A stretch of DNA of 63,444 nucleotides, counting the filler, from Welwitschia mirabilis (Eukaryota): NCBI GenBank assembly GCA_051453625.1. It is 6 parts of one record of this genome, joined end to end, with 100 filler letters (N's around TTAATTAATTAA, not from the genome) between each part and the next. Parts side by side here need not be neighbours in the genome. Positions count along the whole stretch, not along the records: positions 23,656 to 38,990 come from JBOZIK010000001.1; positions 39,091 to 55,682 come from JBOZIK010000001.1; 4 more parts are not named here. The stretch is one strand, 5' to 3'. Of the stretch, positions 26,170 through 40,993 are shown piece by piece. Under the pieces are notes generated by a model. It ran no database searches. It was not told the origin of the DNA and saw only the letters and a list, made by a program, of their open reading frames with translations. Within the stretch, counting starts at the first letter, position 1. Each line of letters opens with the position of its first letter. The translations under genes and the position numbers were made by a program.

Positions 26170-29100
26170 TGTTGTAGTGTGAATTTTTGTAATCTTTAAA
26201 TCCCTAGGAAAAACTTATAAATCATAATACTTGCAAAAAAAACATAGTAACATAGACAGGAGTTAACTCGAATGTCATAATCTATTAAGGTCACTAGGCT
26301 AGAAGTTAAAGAATTGACTTTACAAAGTATTTTTAATCTTTTTCCTTTAGTAAATGAAAATAAATAACAATGCAAATGTAATGTAAGATGAATAATGATG
26401 AAATGCAAATTGATGAATAATAATTATACTTGACTACCAACCTTCCTATCACCAAGATTAGTTGTTATAACTTAGATCAATTAGAAAGAATTATCACTTG
26501 CTTCTAACAAACATAAGATATAAGATATAACAAATATAATATAAGTAAATGCAAATATGAAAATGACATGAAATGAAATGCAATGTAAGATATAAACTAA
26601 TAATGTCAACCTTAATAAAGGTTGTTGTTATGATCTAGATAAATTATGAAGATGTTATCAAATCATAATCAACTTAAATCATAAGAAAGATTTACATAAT
26701 AAAAGTGAAAATATTTTTTAAATTAATTATCAATTTAACATCCACTTCCAAATAAAGTAGCAGCATCTTAATGGAGGATACTTAGCCCAACACCAAGGAA
26801 ATCTTCTCGTTGTAGCTAATGGATGGATCTCTCATTCTTTAATCTTCCATTATAAGAATATCTAGTACAAAATATGGACATGGAAGTGAAGGTAAAAGGA
26901 GGTGTTTATAATTTTACATTGAAGTTTTAAAAGTAAAACCCTAAAAGTTAGAGAAGAAACCTTACCAAGCTACATGGGCTATATGACCCCATTACAAAGA
27001 TAATTCTTTCCATTCATACAAAATACTTATCATCATGATTATTGTAAGGATGACATTGGGAATGATACTCCATAAGAAGAGTTGATTTGTCAGCTTCAAA
27101 CCCCATAGTCAACTCCATAGCATCCGTCCATATCAGTAATAGTGTCATCCTAACTATCATGGGGATGACAGATGGGATGATAGGCCTCTTTATCTTTTTA
27201 TCTTAACAAAAATTAGTCTTCTACATTATTAATCTTTCCTTGAAGGAAAAAAGTATCAAAACAAACCTAATATGCCTTCAAATATGTCAAGAATTACATG
27301 TTTTAGTGATCATCCCATTAATTATTCATAATCATTATAATTGCATTTAAACCTATATAAATGTCCTATAAAAGTACTTAAAATGCCCCATCAAAATCCT
27401 ACAAATTAGCATTACAATATAGCCTCCTACTTAGCCTTGTCAGTTCTTGACAAAGTAAGTAATCAATCATATTGCAAGCTAATTTGACTAAGATAATCAG
27501 TAACTAGGAAAAATGAAAATTGAGTTATATAATATTTACCATGTAGGAATAAACATTAAAGAGCAATTAACTAATATAATACCTAATTAGGAAGTATAAT
27601 AGATATGTTTTCCTACTTGTCATATGAATGATAATGGGGACAGTAGTACTTATAAAACCAGAATGAAAGTTAGATGCCTGCAACATGATTATTAGAGAAG
27701 TATAAGTACTAACATTTTTATTAGTTTCTTACTTAAAATGTTTAATACATTGTAATATAACAAATGAATATCATACATAAAAAAATCAGTATAAAATGTA
27801 ATAATGATAGCTTCAGAAAATTATGATGTGTATGCATAATCCAAGATAGTAATATTGAAGCCAATGTATGTAAACTAAGTATTCATAACTTAAAATTATG
27901 TATACAAATCCATTAGTGAGTGTAAAATATATTCTAGAAGGGGTGAAGTACAAATAATAATCATAACATTATTTCCCTTATTCGTGATGTTTTAAATGTT
28001 CTAAAACATAACTAGATGAAAACTCTATAATTCTGCTATTGTAATCCTACCAGATAATGTCCATGATGAAAAATTATTCAAGCAATATGAAATCATATCC
28101 AAATAATCTCATCACAAGTATGTATCATGAAAGCTAAAAAATGGTTTTTAAAATTAAAAGTTTTGCTTGATATCTCAGAAGTAGCTCAAAAAGATGTCTT
28201 ACTCCCTCATAAATAAATCAAGATGTCCTAAATTGCAAAAGATCTAAAAATATTACTATTATCCTCTATGTTGTGGTAACGATAGACATGGAATGACATT
28301 TATCAAATGAGTTTTTTAAAAGATAAGAAAGGCAAAAAAAAATTTAAAAAATAAAGCTAATAATAATCAAGAATTAGAAAATTAGCCAAAAATTAGGAGA
28401 ATGGTTAAAAGTGAAGAATCATCTTCAAAAAAATGATCATGATAAAAATAGACTTGTGCATAAAGGACTCAAGGATAAAAGACTAGAACCATAATAATGC
28501 AGTAAGTAGAAAGAATCAAGACTTCGAAGAAGTTCTTAAATGTGCCCAAACTCAATAATCATGTAAAAGTATGAATAAAACTCAAAGGATAAAGTATCAT
28601 CATCACTTGTCAAAAAGTAATCCCATGGATAAAAACTATGAGTAAGATCAATAAGAAACTATTAAATGATCAGATCCAAAATATTATGTTGAAAAAGTAT
28701 GGAAATGACTTTGAAAAACCCAATAAAATAGCTAATAAAAAAAACAAAAGTAAAAATAGATAACTAGGAACATAAACAAGATTGTTTACCTAATCTAAAT
28801 TCAAAAATAACAAATTCCTTTGGCAAAAATCATAAAATCACCAGATAAAAAATTCATAATAGTAGGTAAAAACCCATAAAGTAGCATTCAAATAGGTAAT
28901 GATTATGATGATGTCAAGTATGTCTAATGTTGTCAAATAATGAATAATAAGATCAAAAGCTAATTAAACATAAAATAACCAGCTCACACATCAAAATAAC
29001 ACTGGAATCCAAAAAAGTAAAATGATCATGTGGAATTAATATATGCAAAATAAGTCTAGAGAACAAGAAATGCCTCTAATGATACCATGAACATCACTAA

Positions 29101-32100
29101 TCCTATAGCCTCTAAGTAAAAATTATTTTTTCATGATGAGGGAAATACAACCACTATCAAATGAGTAAGGACTCATATGGCATGGTCAAATAACCCCTCA
29201 ATGAAATTCCCATAGCTACCATATCATACTACTAAAGGCTCCTCTTAGGAAAATTTTCCTTAGTGTGCTTGTGGTAGGATATTATGGTTTTAGCTCAGAT
29301 ATGAAAGGCCATGGTTTTAGCTTAGATATGAAAGATCATGGTTTTAGCTCAAATATGAAGGATCATGGTCAGTATTTATTTTTCTTTTTTTAAAAAAAAG
29401 TAAAAAGGTAAATTCCACATGACCAAGTACTTGTACGGGTAAGAGTGAAGTAATGAAATGAGAAATAAGTAAGAGCATGCACAAACAATTAAATACCCAT
29501 ACCACTGAAAGAGAAAAAAATAACCAAGGCCTATTCCTTATAAATGAAGTTCATAAACATACGAATAGCTTAAAATTAGGTGACTTTAATCTTATCATTT
29601 TAAAATTCCCAAGTAAGAGATTACTAATCATGGTAACTTTATAAAGTAATACATAAGTCAAGTTAAATATCTTTAAGTAATAGCATGACGTCTACCTAGG
29701 TAATCAATTAAGAAGGAATTTAGATAATGGTAGGAGGAAATTCCTCCTCATTGAGAGGAGCTTCCAAGAGAAGTTCTTCTATCATGTTTAAGTTTCATTA
29801 GTAGATTATTCATAAATTTTCAACCTTTTTCCATTGACTTTTTAAATTTCCATAGTGTTTAGATTATAGATTTCAACTAAGTCATTGAAGTGCACTTTTC
29901 CCATAAAATAATAACCTAACCATCTTGAGGTTAACTGGTTATGTAAAAGGTGTACTCAGGTATTATATAAAAGGATAAGTTAACTAGGCTTAAATTAGTT
30001 ATGTAGAATCTTTTTATCATGTTTGAACTTGGCTTGGGCCTTATGAATGAGTTGATGATGTATAGCATGGTTGCATGTTTCATCTAGATGATTAAGTTGA
30101 ACTAATTAAGTCTTAAGATTTTCATTCAAGTTTACAATATTAAGTTAATGGATGGATTGATAGAAGTTATAAAAAACACCAACTAGCAAGACACAAATCT
30201 TTCTGTACACAAGTTCATATGGTGAAAAACCTAGAGAGTTTTATCAAGTAGTATAATAAACCCAAAGAACATTATTACGTTTAGAAGACCAAGTTTTCTT
30301 ATTGATAAAGACTAATTTTTAAAGCATCTTTTTCATTTCCTTATTCATGTTTTTAGCTTATCCATTAGTTCATGGATGATAAGCACATGCAATTCTATGT
30401 TCAATTCTAATGGATAAAATAAGTTTTCAAAAAATTTAGTTAATAAAATAAGTTTCTTGATTATAATGGTGATTTTAGAAAAACCAAAATGTTGAAAGAT
30501 ATGAGTTCAAACAAAATTGTAAATAGTTTAAGTACAATTCTTGATAATAGAAAAATATTTGACCCACTTGGTAACATAATCGATGGCCATTAAGATGTAA
30601 TTTTTATTATGAGAATGTGGTTTGATAGGGTTTATAAAATTAATTCCCTAACAATCAAAAGGTTCACATTCAAGTAAAGGTTTAATGGGCATATCTTAAG
30701 AACAAATTATGCTACCATAACATTGACAAGTGTTACACCTTTTAGAAAAGTCAAAAGAGTCTTTAAAAATGGTAGGCCAATAAAAACCATAATGAATAAT
30801 TTTCATTATAGTTTTTTGGTTACTAAACTATCCTCCATGTACTCCACCATGGTAAAGATTAAGGATCTCTAGGTTTTCCCATTCAAGCATACATTTACAG
30901 ATGAATTGGTCTTTGCATCTTTGATAAAGATGGGATTCATTCCACTCATAGTTACCAATCCTATGGAGAATAGATTTTTATTAGTTATGAATATGCTAAG
31001 GTGTTATTATGGTAATAAGGTAGTTTACAATATCAGCATACCAAGAAGCAGGATGAGTAGAAGAGATGACATAGAGTTATTCAATAGCAAATAGTTATTC
31101 ATCTAGAAAGAAGTCATTTATGGGGATTTTATCATGAGAACAAGAGAGTTGAGATAAGTGATTTGCAATGCTATTATGTTCTCTAGACTTATCAATTATG
31201 GTAAGGTTGAATTCTTGCATGAGAAGGATTCACCTAATAAGTCTAGCAATAGAATCTTTCTTAGTCATAAGATAGCATATGACCATGTGATCTGCATAAA
31301 CATTAGTATAAAAGCTAAGACAATAGTATCTAAGATGATCAAGATAAAAGACGATGGAAAGAATTTTCCTTTCAATAGTAGTATAATTGGATTGGATCTT
31401 ATGCAAAGTTTTTATTAATATAAGATATGAATTTAATACCATTTTCACATTTTTGGCCAAAAATCCCACCTATAGTAATTTTGTTTGCATCACATATGAG
31501 TTCAAAATATTCAGTCCAATCGAGACCCATTATAATAGGTTCAAAAGAAATTTTATCCTTAAGTATATCAAAATTAAGTTGACATGAATCATCTCAATCA
31601 AATTTAGCTTCTTTTTAAAGTAATAAGTGAAGGGGTTTACAAACCTTAATATAATGTTGAATAAAATGATGATAGAAATTAGCATAACCAAGAAATGATC
31701 TAATTTGTTTGATATTAGTTGAAGGGATAATATTTTTAATTATATTAACTTATATAAGGTCCATTTTAATCCTTTCATTAGAAATGTAATGACCTAAAAT
31801 AATTCCATTGTTAACAGGAAGAAAACTCTTTTCTCAGCTCAAGTGTAGGCCACTCTCTATACATCGATCCAAGACTTTTCTAGCCTTTCTATGATTTGTT
31901 CAAAAGTTTCACCAAAGATGGAGAAGTCATCCATAAATATTTTAATAAAATCCTCTATCATGCTAAAAAAGATCCTTATCATTACTCATTAAAAAGTACT
32001 AGGAGCATTACAAAGTCCAAAAGACATTCTTCTAAAGGTAAAGTTCCAGAGGGAGAGGTAAAAGTTATTTTTACTTAGCCTTTACTTACTATGCAAACTT

Positions 32101-35100
32101 GATTATAGCCACTATACCCATTGAGAAAATAATAGTAGGAATGTCCTTGGATTCTATCAAGCATTTGATTAATAAAGAATAAAGTAAAATAATCCTTTTA
32201 GTAACATCATTAAGTTTTCTAAAATCAATGCACATTCATCATTTCCCACTCTTTTTTGGAACTACTATTAAAAGGCTAGTTCACTCACTATCGAATATAG
32301 CATAGATGATTCTAGAATCCATAATTTTAATAATTTCATCTTTAACTAATTGCTTAAGGGCTAGGTTAAGCCTTTATTAGGGTTTCCTAACTAGTTTAGC
32401 ATTATCCTCAAGGTATATTTTATGTCAGATTATGAAAAAAGGAATGGTAGCTAAGTCTTTATGAGTCTAATCAAAATCATCTTCTTTATAAGTAAACAAT
32501 GAGATCAAGTTGGATTCCTATTGAGGAGTAATAAGGTCATCTATTATCAAAGGGTTCTTTAGATTATTAGATATAAAATATATTTTAAACCTTTAGGCAA
32601 CTCTTTCAGTTTTAAGTTGGAATTTTTGAGTTTAGGCACTGAATTGCAATTAATGACTATTATCTCAGGATGAAATATTTAAGATTTTTTTGCAAGAGTT
32701 TCAAAAAAGATAAGTATATGTTTACCTCTTACATCAATGCCTTCAATTGCTTGTTATAGGTGGGATTCATGTTTAACCTATCACGTTAAGGAGTAGATGG
32801 TTTCTTTCCTTTGTTTTCTTATGAAGAATTTTTAATGGTGGGCTTAGTTGGAGGGAAGTTATATGTACCCAAAATTTCTAAATCATTTTCTTCCTTACTT
32901 TTTTCATTTTTTTTGAAGTTGAAACCTTATGGGTAAGAGGTGTTATATCATTTTCACTTCTTCTTACTACCTTTAAATCGTTTTTAACTACATTTAGGTT
33001 GGGTAAAGATTGAGATGCAAGGAACCCTTATGGTTTTTGATTGACTAGCATTGTTTGTTGAAGTACATTTGCTAAGTTTTTAGTATTATTATTGGTCTTT
33101 TCATGCATCTTTTTCAATTCTTCTATTAAATCTTTGAGAGGATCATTCTGATTCGGTTGAAGATTGGGGCTATTTGGTTAGAAGTTTGAATTCCTGAATC
33201 TATTCTCAAAAGGTTTTCAATGTGATTGTCCATCTAATATTTGTTGAAATTATGGTTGACTTTTAAAGTTAGGTGTTCTTTGATTAAAAACACATACTTC
33301 TTTAAACATTCTTTCTTTACAAGTTGGTAACAAAGGGCACTCTTTATTTTAATAAGAGTTGTCTTTACAAATATCACATGTTGAAGTTGTGTTTTTATCT
33401 TTTATTATCTTTGTATTAACTATCATTTAAGTGTATTTCTCTAAAGTGGTAGTAAAATCCTTAATCATTTTGGCTAAATTATCTTTCTCTTCTTTCTTAT
33501 TATGTTTTACTTTCTTTAAAGCTTTTATGATTTGGCCTATAGTTTGATTTTCCTTAGAAATGGATTTTGGCCAAGTTTGACTTATCTTTACTAGACTTTT
33601 AACACATCCCATGCATCATCTAAAATCAAGTTCATCAAGTTGCCATCATAAGAAAAGTCTAGAAGTTGTTTAGTTTAACCAGCCAATTCACTATAGAAAT
33701 AATCTATCAATTCATTTTTACAAAACACATTAACATGGTTGGAATGGATAGTTATGATGAAATGGTCATAAGCTATGGCATAATCCTTGTGAGGTTGCTA
33801 TTGAAAGTTGACAACTTCCTTCCTTCTTTTTCTCATGATACTTTTACTTAAAAAGATTTTATTAAAAACTTTTTGCACTTGACTTCATGATTTAAGACTC
33901 TTGTATGAAATGGTTTTAAGCCAAAGTTTTGCGTTAAAGTTTTCCATTTCTTCTAAGTATGACCAGAAAGATAATGATGTAAGTATGATCATTGATGCAT
34001 TTTTTTCCATTTCCTAAGATAAGTACAAGTTGTTCAAGATCAGCTAAATGTTGAAAAGGGTTGTCTTTAGGTTTCCTCAAAAAATATTAAATAAGCACTC
34101 AAGTTTCTTAATTCTACATCATCACCATCAAGTAAATTGAAAGGATTTTAGATTTCATGTTTTCTGTTAGCAGTTAAGTCTCTAAGTGTAACACTTGCAT
34201 TTGAATTCGAAGTTTCTATCATGATTGGTGTACTAGATGAAGTGACTTCTTTTTTAGGTGATGATTTTTACATAGATGAAAAAAAATGATATGATCTACT
34301 TTTATGCTATTATTTTCATAATTTTCTTTTAAAAAAATTAACTTTGAAATAATAAAAGTAGAAAAATCCTCTTCTTCAATTCTTGAAATGTGCATACTTG
34401 GGGTGTGCATACGTAGATTTTTCTCAAAGTTGAATAATCATTCTATGATATTTTCCTCAATCAAGTTTCACTCTCTCTGATATTTTATCTTTTTACTAGA
34501 ATTTACCATATCCCTACATACTTCAGACATAAAACAAAAACTAAAATAAAAACAACTAATAGTTGTTCAATTGGTCATGGGAATGATAGGAGGAATGACA
34601 ATCATAACAACATAGAAATAATAAAACTAGAGAAAAATTATCATAACTAAAATAATAGGCTATCATCCACCTTGTTATGAAGACGACATAGAGAATGATA
34701 GTATTTTATTACTACTATGCAAAGAAAGAAAATTTTGCAAAAAGGAAAATAAATTCAAAAATTTATGATTGTCATTCTCAGTGTTATGTAGATGACTGAG
34801 GGGATGATAGTATTTTTTTTAAGCTACAAAATATAAAAATCACCAAAATAACCCTATTAAACTAGAAGAAAAAGATAATACTTTTTTAAATAAATAATCT
34901 AAACTAAAATCTAAGGCACCTATCTGGATAGTGATAATCCTTTAGCTCCTTGTAACCTTCTCCAACAATAGTGTCAAAATGTTGAGCTATGAATTTATGT
35001 AATCTTTAAATCCTTAGGTCAAACTTATAAATGATAATACTTATAGAAAAACATGCATTAGTATAAACGGGAGTCAACTTAAAGGTTGTAATCCCTTAAA

Positions 35101-36214
35101 GGCACTAGGCTAGGAGTTAGAAAATTGATTTCATAAAGTACTTTTAATCTTTTTTTTAGTAAATAAAAATAAAGAATAATGAAAATGTAATATAAGATGA
35201 ATGATGATGAAATGCTTTTGACTATCGGTCTTCCTATCACCAAGGTTAATTCTTATAACTTAGATCAATTAGGAAGAGTTATCACTCATCCCTAACCAAC
35301 ATAAGCTATAAGATATACCATACAAAATATGAATAAATGCAAAAATGGAAATTGAATAAAATAAAATAAAATACAATGAAAGATCTAAACTAAAATGTCA
35401 ATCTTAACAAAGGTTGCCCTTTTGATCTAGATAAACTATGAAGCTATTACTAAATCATAATCAACTTAAAACCATGATGAAGATTCACATATTAGAAGTG
35501 AAAAGATTTCTTAAATTAATCATCAATTTAATATCCACTTACAAATAAAGTAGTAGCAACTCAATAGAGGATATTCAGCCCAACACCAAGTAAATCTTCT
35601 CTCTAATGGATGAATCCCTTATCCTTCAATATTCCATCACNNNNNNNNNNAGAATATCTAATACAAAAGATGGAAATGGAAGTAAAGATAAAGGGGGAAT
35701 TTATAGTTTTACATTAAATTTCTAGAATTAAAACCCTAAAAGTCAGAGAAGAAACCCTGGCAATCCACATGGGTTACATGACCCCATTACAAAAATAATT
35801 CTTTCCATCTATACAAAATAGTTGTCATCCTGACTATTACAGGTATGACACTGGGGATAACACTTTATAAGAAGAGGTGATTTATCAATTTTAAACCCTG
35901 TAGTTAACTTTGCAGCTTTAGTCCATACTAGTAGTAGTATTATCTTGACTATCATGGGGATGACAAATTGGATAATAGGCCCTATTATTTTTTAGCTTAA
36001 GATAAATTAGTCTTCTACATTATTAATCTTTCTTTTAAGGCACGAAGTATTAGAATAATCCTTAGATACCTTCAAATATGCCAATAATTAAATGTTTTAG
36101 TGATTATCCCATCAATTCTCTATAGTCATCAAAATTACATCTAAACTTATATAAATGTCCTACAAAATTACTCAAAATACTCATCAAAATCCTATAAAAA
36201 TTAGCATCACAACA
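26170..36214 (-). mobile_element. Structurally complete Athila-like gypsy element with both LTRs and TSD; coding regions dead
   Basis: TSD ATGCT at 26165-26169 and 36215-36219. 3' LTR 26170-27419 with PPT at ~27423-27441; 5' LTR 34980-36214 with PBS at 34959-34976. RT IFMDDFSIFG at ~31915-31945, RNase H at 31230-31500, integrase at ~29800-30900, gag starting ~34509. Confidence 0.92.
29284..29369. repeat. 27-bp tandem repeat, ~3 copies, in the gypsy 3' noncoding region
   Basis: atggttttagctyaratatgaargrYc units start at 29284, 29311 and 29338. Confidence 0.9.
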
Positions 36215-39090
36215 ATGCTACTAAAAAGAAACTAGGTAATGAGTTGAATGTTGAAGAAGAAATTAAGTCAACATTGTTGTCATAGCATCATCCACTAGAA
36301 GGGATATGGTTAATCCTTTATGAGCCCACATTGTTTAATAAATCATTGAAGTAGAAAACTTGGAATCTTTCAATAATAATCAATGTAACTATGACCATTT
36401 TGGAGTAGATTATTTTGATTATGAGAATGAAGAAACTAAAACTGTAACCTGTGTAGAACTCTAATATCTAAAAATGTCTGAGATTTTATATTTTAAGGAA
36501 AGTCATCCATTCCTATCATCTAGACAACATCTAAAATGATAAAATTAATAGAAACTAAAAATCTAAATTTAAATTTGAGATCTTTACCTAGTGGACTGAA
36601 ATATATCTTTTTGTATGATGATTAAAATAAACCATTAATAATAAATGAGAATCTTACCCTTCAATAAGAATCAATTTTAATATCACTTTTGAATCTTGAG
36701 GTAAATGCATTTACTTGAACCCATAAAGATTTAACAACCATTCCTACTTCCATTATTGAACATAAATCTACCTAGAGGATAAGGCAAAGCCTATTAGGAA
36801 ACCCTAACATAGACTGAATCCAGCCCCTAAATAAGTTGTAAAAGATTAAATTATTAAATTAATGGATGCTAAATCTATTTATGTTATATCTAATAGTGAG
36901 TGTGTTACTCATTTAATAGTAGTGCCTAAGAAAGGAGGGAATTGAATAATGTGTATTAACTTTAAAGAGCTAAATAAAGTAACAAAAAAAGACCATTTCC
37001 CTTTACTTTTTCTTGATCAAATATTTAATAGCATCCAAGGATATGTCTTTTATTGCTTTCTTAATAGGTATAGTGGTTACAATAGGTTTGTATAGCTAGC
37101 GAGGATCAATCTAAAATAACTTTTACTTCATCTTTTAGAACATTTGCATTTAGACACATATCTTTTGAACTTTGTAATGCTCTTGGTACTTTTAAACATG
37201 TAATAATAAGTATCTTTTCTAATATGTTAGAGGATTCAATTAAAATTTTTATGGATGACTTCTCAATCTATGGTAAAACCTTTGAACAAATCTTAAAAAG
37301 GTTAGAAAAAGTCCTTGATAAATGTATTAAGAGTAGTCTACATGTGATTTTGAAGAAAAGTTTTCTTTTAGTTGATAATTAAGTTGTCTTAGGTCATCAC
37401 ATTTCTAGTAAAGGAATTAGAATGGACCTTGAAAAAGTAAGTATTATTAAAAACCTAACTCCCTTACCAAATGTAAAAGAAGTTTAATATTTTCTTAGTT
37501 ATTGTGATTTTTATTGTTCTTTCATTTAGGATTATGCTAAAATTCGTAAACCCCTTCATTCTTTACTTGAAAAAAAAGCTAAATTTAAATGGAATGAATC
37601 TTTTTAACTTACTTTTAAAACCCTTAAAGATAAAATATCTTTTGCACCTATTGTAATAGGACCTAATTAGAATAAAAATTTTAAACTAATGTGTGATGCT
37701 AATAATATTGTTATGGGTGGAGTTCTTAGATAAAAGTATAAAAATGATTTAGATTCATATCTTATCATATCAAAACTTTGTTTAAAGATCAATCAAATTA
37801 TGTTGCTACTAAGAAAGAAATATTAGCTATAATCTTTTCCCTTGATACTCTTAGATACTATCTTTTAGGCTTTCATATGAATGTTTATATCGATCATGTA
37901 GTTATTAGATACCTCACAACCAAAAAAGATTCTAGTGCTATACTTATTCAATGGATTCTATTTATGCAATAATTTAATATTACCATCATTGATAAAGTAG
38001 AAAGACATATTAGTGTAGCAGATCATTTATCGCATCTTTCTTCTTCTCTTAATGATCTTATGATTGATGATTCTTTCTTAGATGAACAACTTTTTACCCT
38101 ATATTCTACTCATCCTTCTCCTTGGTATGATAATATAGTTACTTATCTTATTACCATGAAAACACCACAACATTAGAGTTATAATTAAAAAAAATCGTTT
38201 CTCCATAGAATAGATGATTATGAATGAATAGATCCACATCTTTACCATAGGTGTAAAGATCAAATCATGATAAAATGTATGCCTAAATGAGAAAAATTAG
38301 ACATCTTTCATCTTTGTCATGATAGTATTTGTGAATGTCATCTTAGTAAATAGAAAATAGTAATGAAAATTATTCACTCTAATTTTTATTGACTTAATCA
38401 TTTTAGGACTCTTTTAATTTTCCTAAAAGGTGTGATGCTTGTTAACATTATGGCAGCCTTATTTATTCTTGTGATATATCATTTAAACTTATTCTTAAAT
38501 GTAAACTTTTTGATTATTAGGGAATTGATTTTATAGGATCTATTAAACCATCTTCTAATCATAAGAACAATATTTTAGTGGTTATTAATTACATTACAAG
38601 ATGGGTTAACATTATTACTACTTTTATTACTACTTTTATGAATGATGCCTAAACTATTTGTACTTTTGTTAGAACTCATATTTTTCAATGTTTTTATTTT
38701 TCCTAGAATTATCATTAGTGATTAAGAAACTCACTTTATTAATTAAATTATTAAGAAACTTTTTTTATCCATTAGAATCAAACATAGAGTGGCTTATGCT
38801 TATCATCGACAAATCAATGGTCAAGATAAAAATGTATATAGAGAAATAAACAAAATGCTTTAAAAACTTATCTTTGTTAATAATGAATCTTATTATTTTA
38901 AGTTGAGTAATGTTTTTTGGGCTTACCTTACTTTTTTTTGTAATTCTCTTGGTCTTTCACCTTATAAAATTATGTATAGAAAAGTTTGTGNNNNNNNNNN
39001 NNNNNNNNNNNNNNNNNNNNNNNNNNNNNNNNNNTTAATTAATTAANNNNNNNNNNNNNNNNNNNNNNNNNNNNNNNNNNNNNNNNNNNN

Positions 39091-40993
39091 TCATGATACA
39101 TATTTATGAATGAGTTGTTTGGATATGATTTCATGTTACTTGAATACATTTCATGGACTTCATTTAGTAGGAGCACAATAGCACACTCACTGATTTTCTA
39201 ACATCTATGTTTTAGATCATGTAGAGAAAATAAATGTTATAATTACTCTTTTATCTTGCCCTTGTAGAAAACATTAATGAACTTTTCATGCATCATTCTT
39301 TAATATTATTACTACTTAAGTTTACACATCAGTTTCAACATTACTTTCTCAATTTATGCATACACATTATCATTTTCTAAAGTATCATTTGTACATTCTG
39401 TGATTTGTTTATGTATATGATATTTATTTAATCTATTGTAATGTGTTTAAGTAGGGAGCTCATGACTATAACAATAATTATATCAGTTAATCAATTTTTT
39501 TAATCTATTCCTACATGACAAAATTAAACTCAAATTCCAATTTCTAGTTGATGATTATCTTAGTCAAATTGGCTTGTAATTTAGTTGATCACTCACTTTG
39601 TTAGGGACTAATAATAATAAGTAGAGGGCTATGTTGCAATGCCAATTTATAGGAATTTGATAGTATATTTGGAGTACTTTTACATGACATTTATATAGAT
39701 TTGGATGAAATTCTACTGATTATGAAGAGTTGATAAGATCATGAGAGAAACACATAATTCTTAGCATAATTAAAGGCATTTTAAGAATGTTCTAATACTT
39801 AGCATGTTGAAAAAAGACTAATGATGAAGAAGGCTGATTTTCTTTACCCAAGGAGCTTTGGAAGGGTGTCATCTCCACTGTCATCCCCATGACAGTCAGG
39901 ATGATAGCACTATATTTACCTATTGAAATAATGATTTGGACTAGAGCTTGGAGTTAACGAAGTAGGTTTTGATGTCATTTCCATTGTCGTACCCATGACA
40001 TAACAGATGATGACACATATAGAGTCAACTGTGGGGCTAATTGTAGAGCTAGAAGGATATTAATTATTCTTTATTAAGGGGCATTTTCCTAAGTGTTATC
40101 CCCACAACAGTTAGAATAACAACTATTTTATATAAGTGGGGCTGAATTATCTTGTAATGAGGTCATGCATCCCACTTGGACTGCTAGGGTTTATTCTATG
40201 GCTTTTAGGGTTACAATTCTAGAACTTTTAATGTAAACTATAAATACACTCTTTTATTCTTACTTATAAATCATCTTTTATACCTGATATGCTTGTGATG
40301 GAAGATTAAAGGATAAGAGGTTCATCCAAAGCTACAAAAAGGAGTTTTCTTAGTGTTAAGCTAAATCTCTTCCATTGAGGTGTTATTATTCTATTTGTAA
40401 GTGGATGTAAAGTTTTTGAATTAATCCAAATATTCTTTTGAATCAATACAATTGCTATTTCATTTTAATTCTGTATGTCCCTTATAGTTTACATTAATCA
40501 TAGTTTAAAGTGACAACTCTATGATTTATCTAGATCATAAGAGCAACTTTTATTAACGTTGACTTTGTTTAGTATTATATTTGCATTACTTTTTCATTCT
40601 ATTTCACATTGAATTTTATATTCTGCTTGGTAGATCTCATAGTTTATGTTGTTTAAGAACTAGTTAAATACTCTTCTTAATTGATCTACGTTATAGAGAA
40701 GATAGCCCTTGTGATATAAGGATTAGGAACCAAAAGAATTTAATCCATATCCACTTGTATTTTATTTTCATTCACTTGCGTTTCACTTACTTATTTATTT
40801 ACTTTTAATTTTTATAAGATAAGAGACCAAAAAGATATTAGAAATTAATTCTCTAACTCTTAGCCTAGTGCCTTCATTGGGATTACAACATTTGAATGAA
40901 CTCCCATCTATACTAGTGTGTGTTTTCTACAAGTTATTTGATTTACAGGTTTAGCTAAAGAACTTCAGGATTGCATAAATTCACATCATAACA
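39091..40993 (+). mobile_element. Athila-like 3' region, PPT and 3' LTR (39632-40993)
   Basis: aagtagagggcta precedes TGTTGCAATG; ends cataaca. Reverse-complement similarity to the LTRs of 26170-36214. Linkage to the upstream pol crosses a scaffold linker. Confidence 0.78.

Larger units (their letters stand above)
25918..38990 (+). mobile_element. Athila-like pol pseudogene (protease region 25918-26169; RT, RNase H and integrase 36215-38990) interrupted by the element at 26170-36214
   Basis: GYPLLLGRAF (25935-26120); VVPKKGG..MCINFKELN and KKDHFPLLFLDQ (~36920-37020); IFMDDFSIYG (~37245-37275); MCDANN and YVATKKEILAIIF (RNase H); integrase AYHRQING (~38800). Confidence 0.85.

Noticed and set aside
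29284..29369. Short repeat arrays as CRISPR-like (also 44196-44264)
   Set aside because: Head-to-tail repeats with no spacers, in eukaryotic transposon DNA, with no cas genes.
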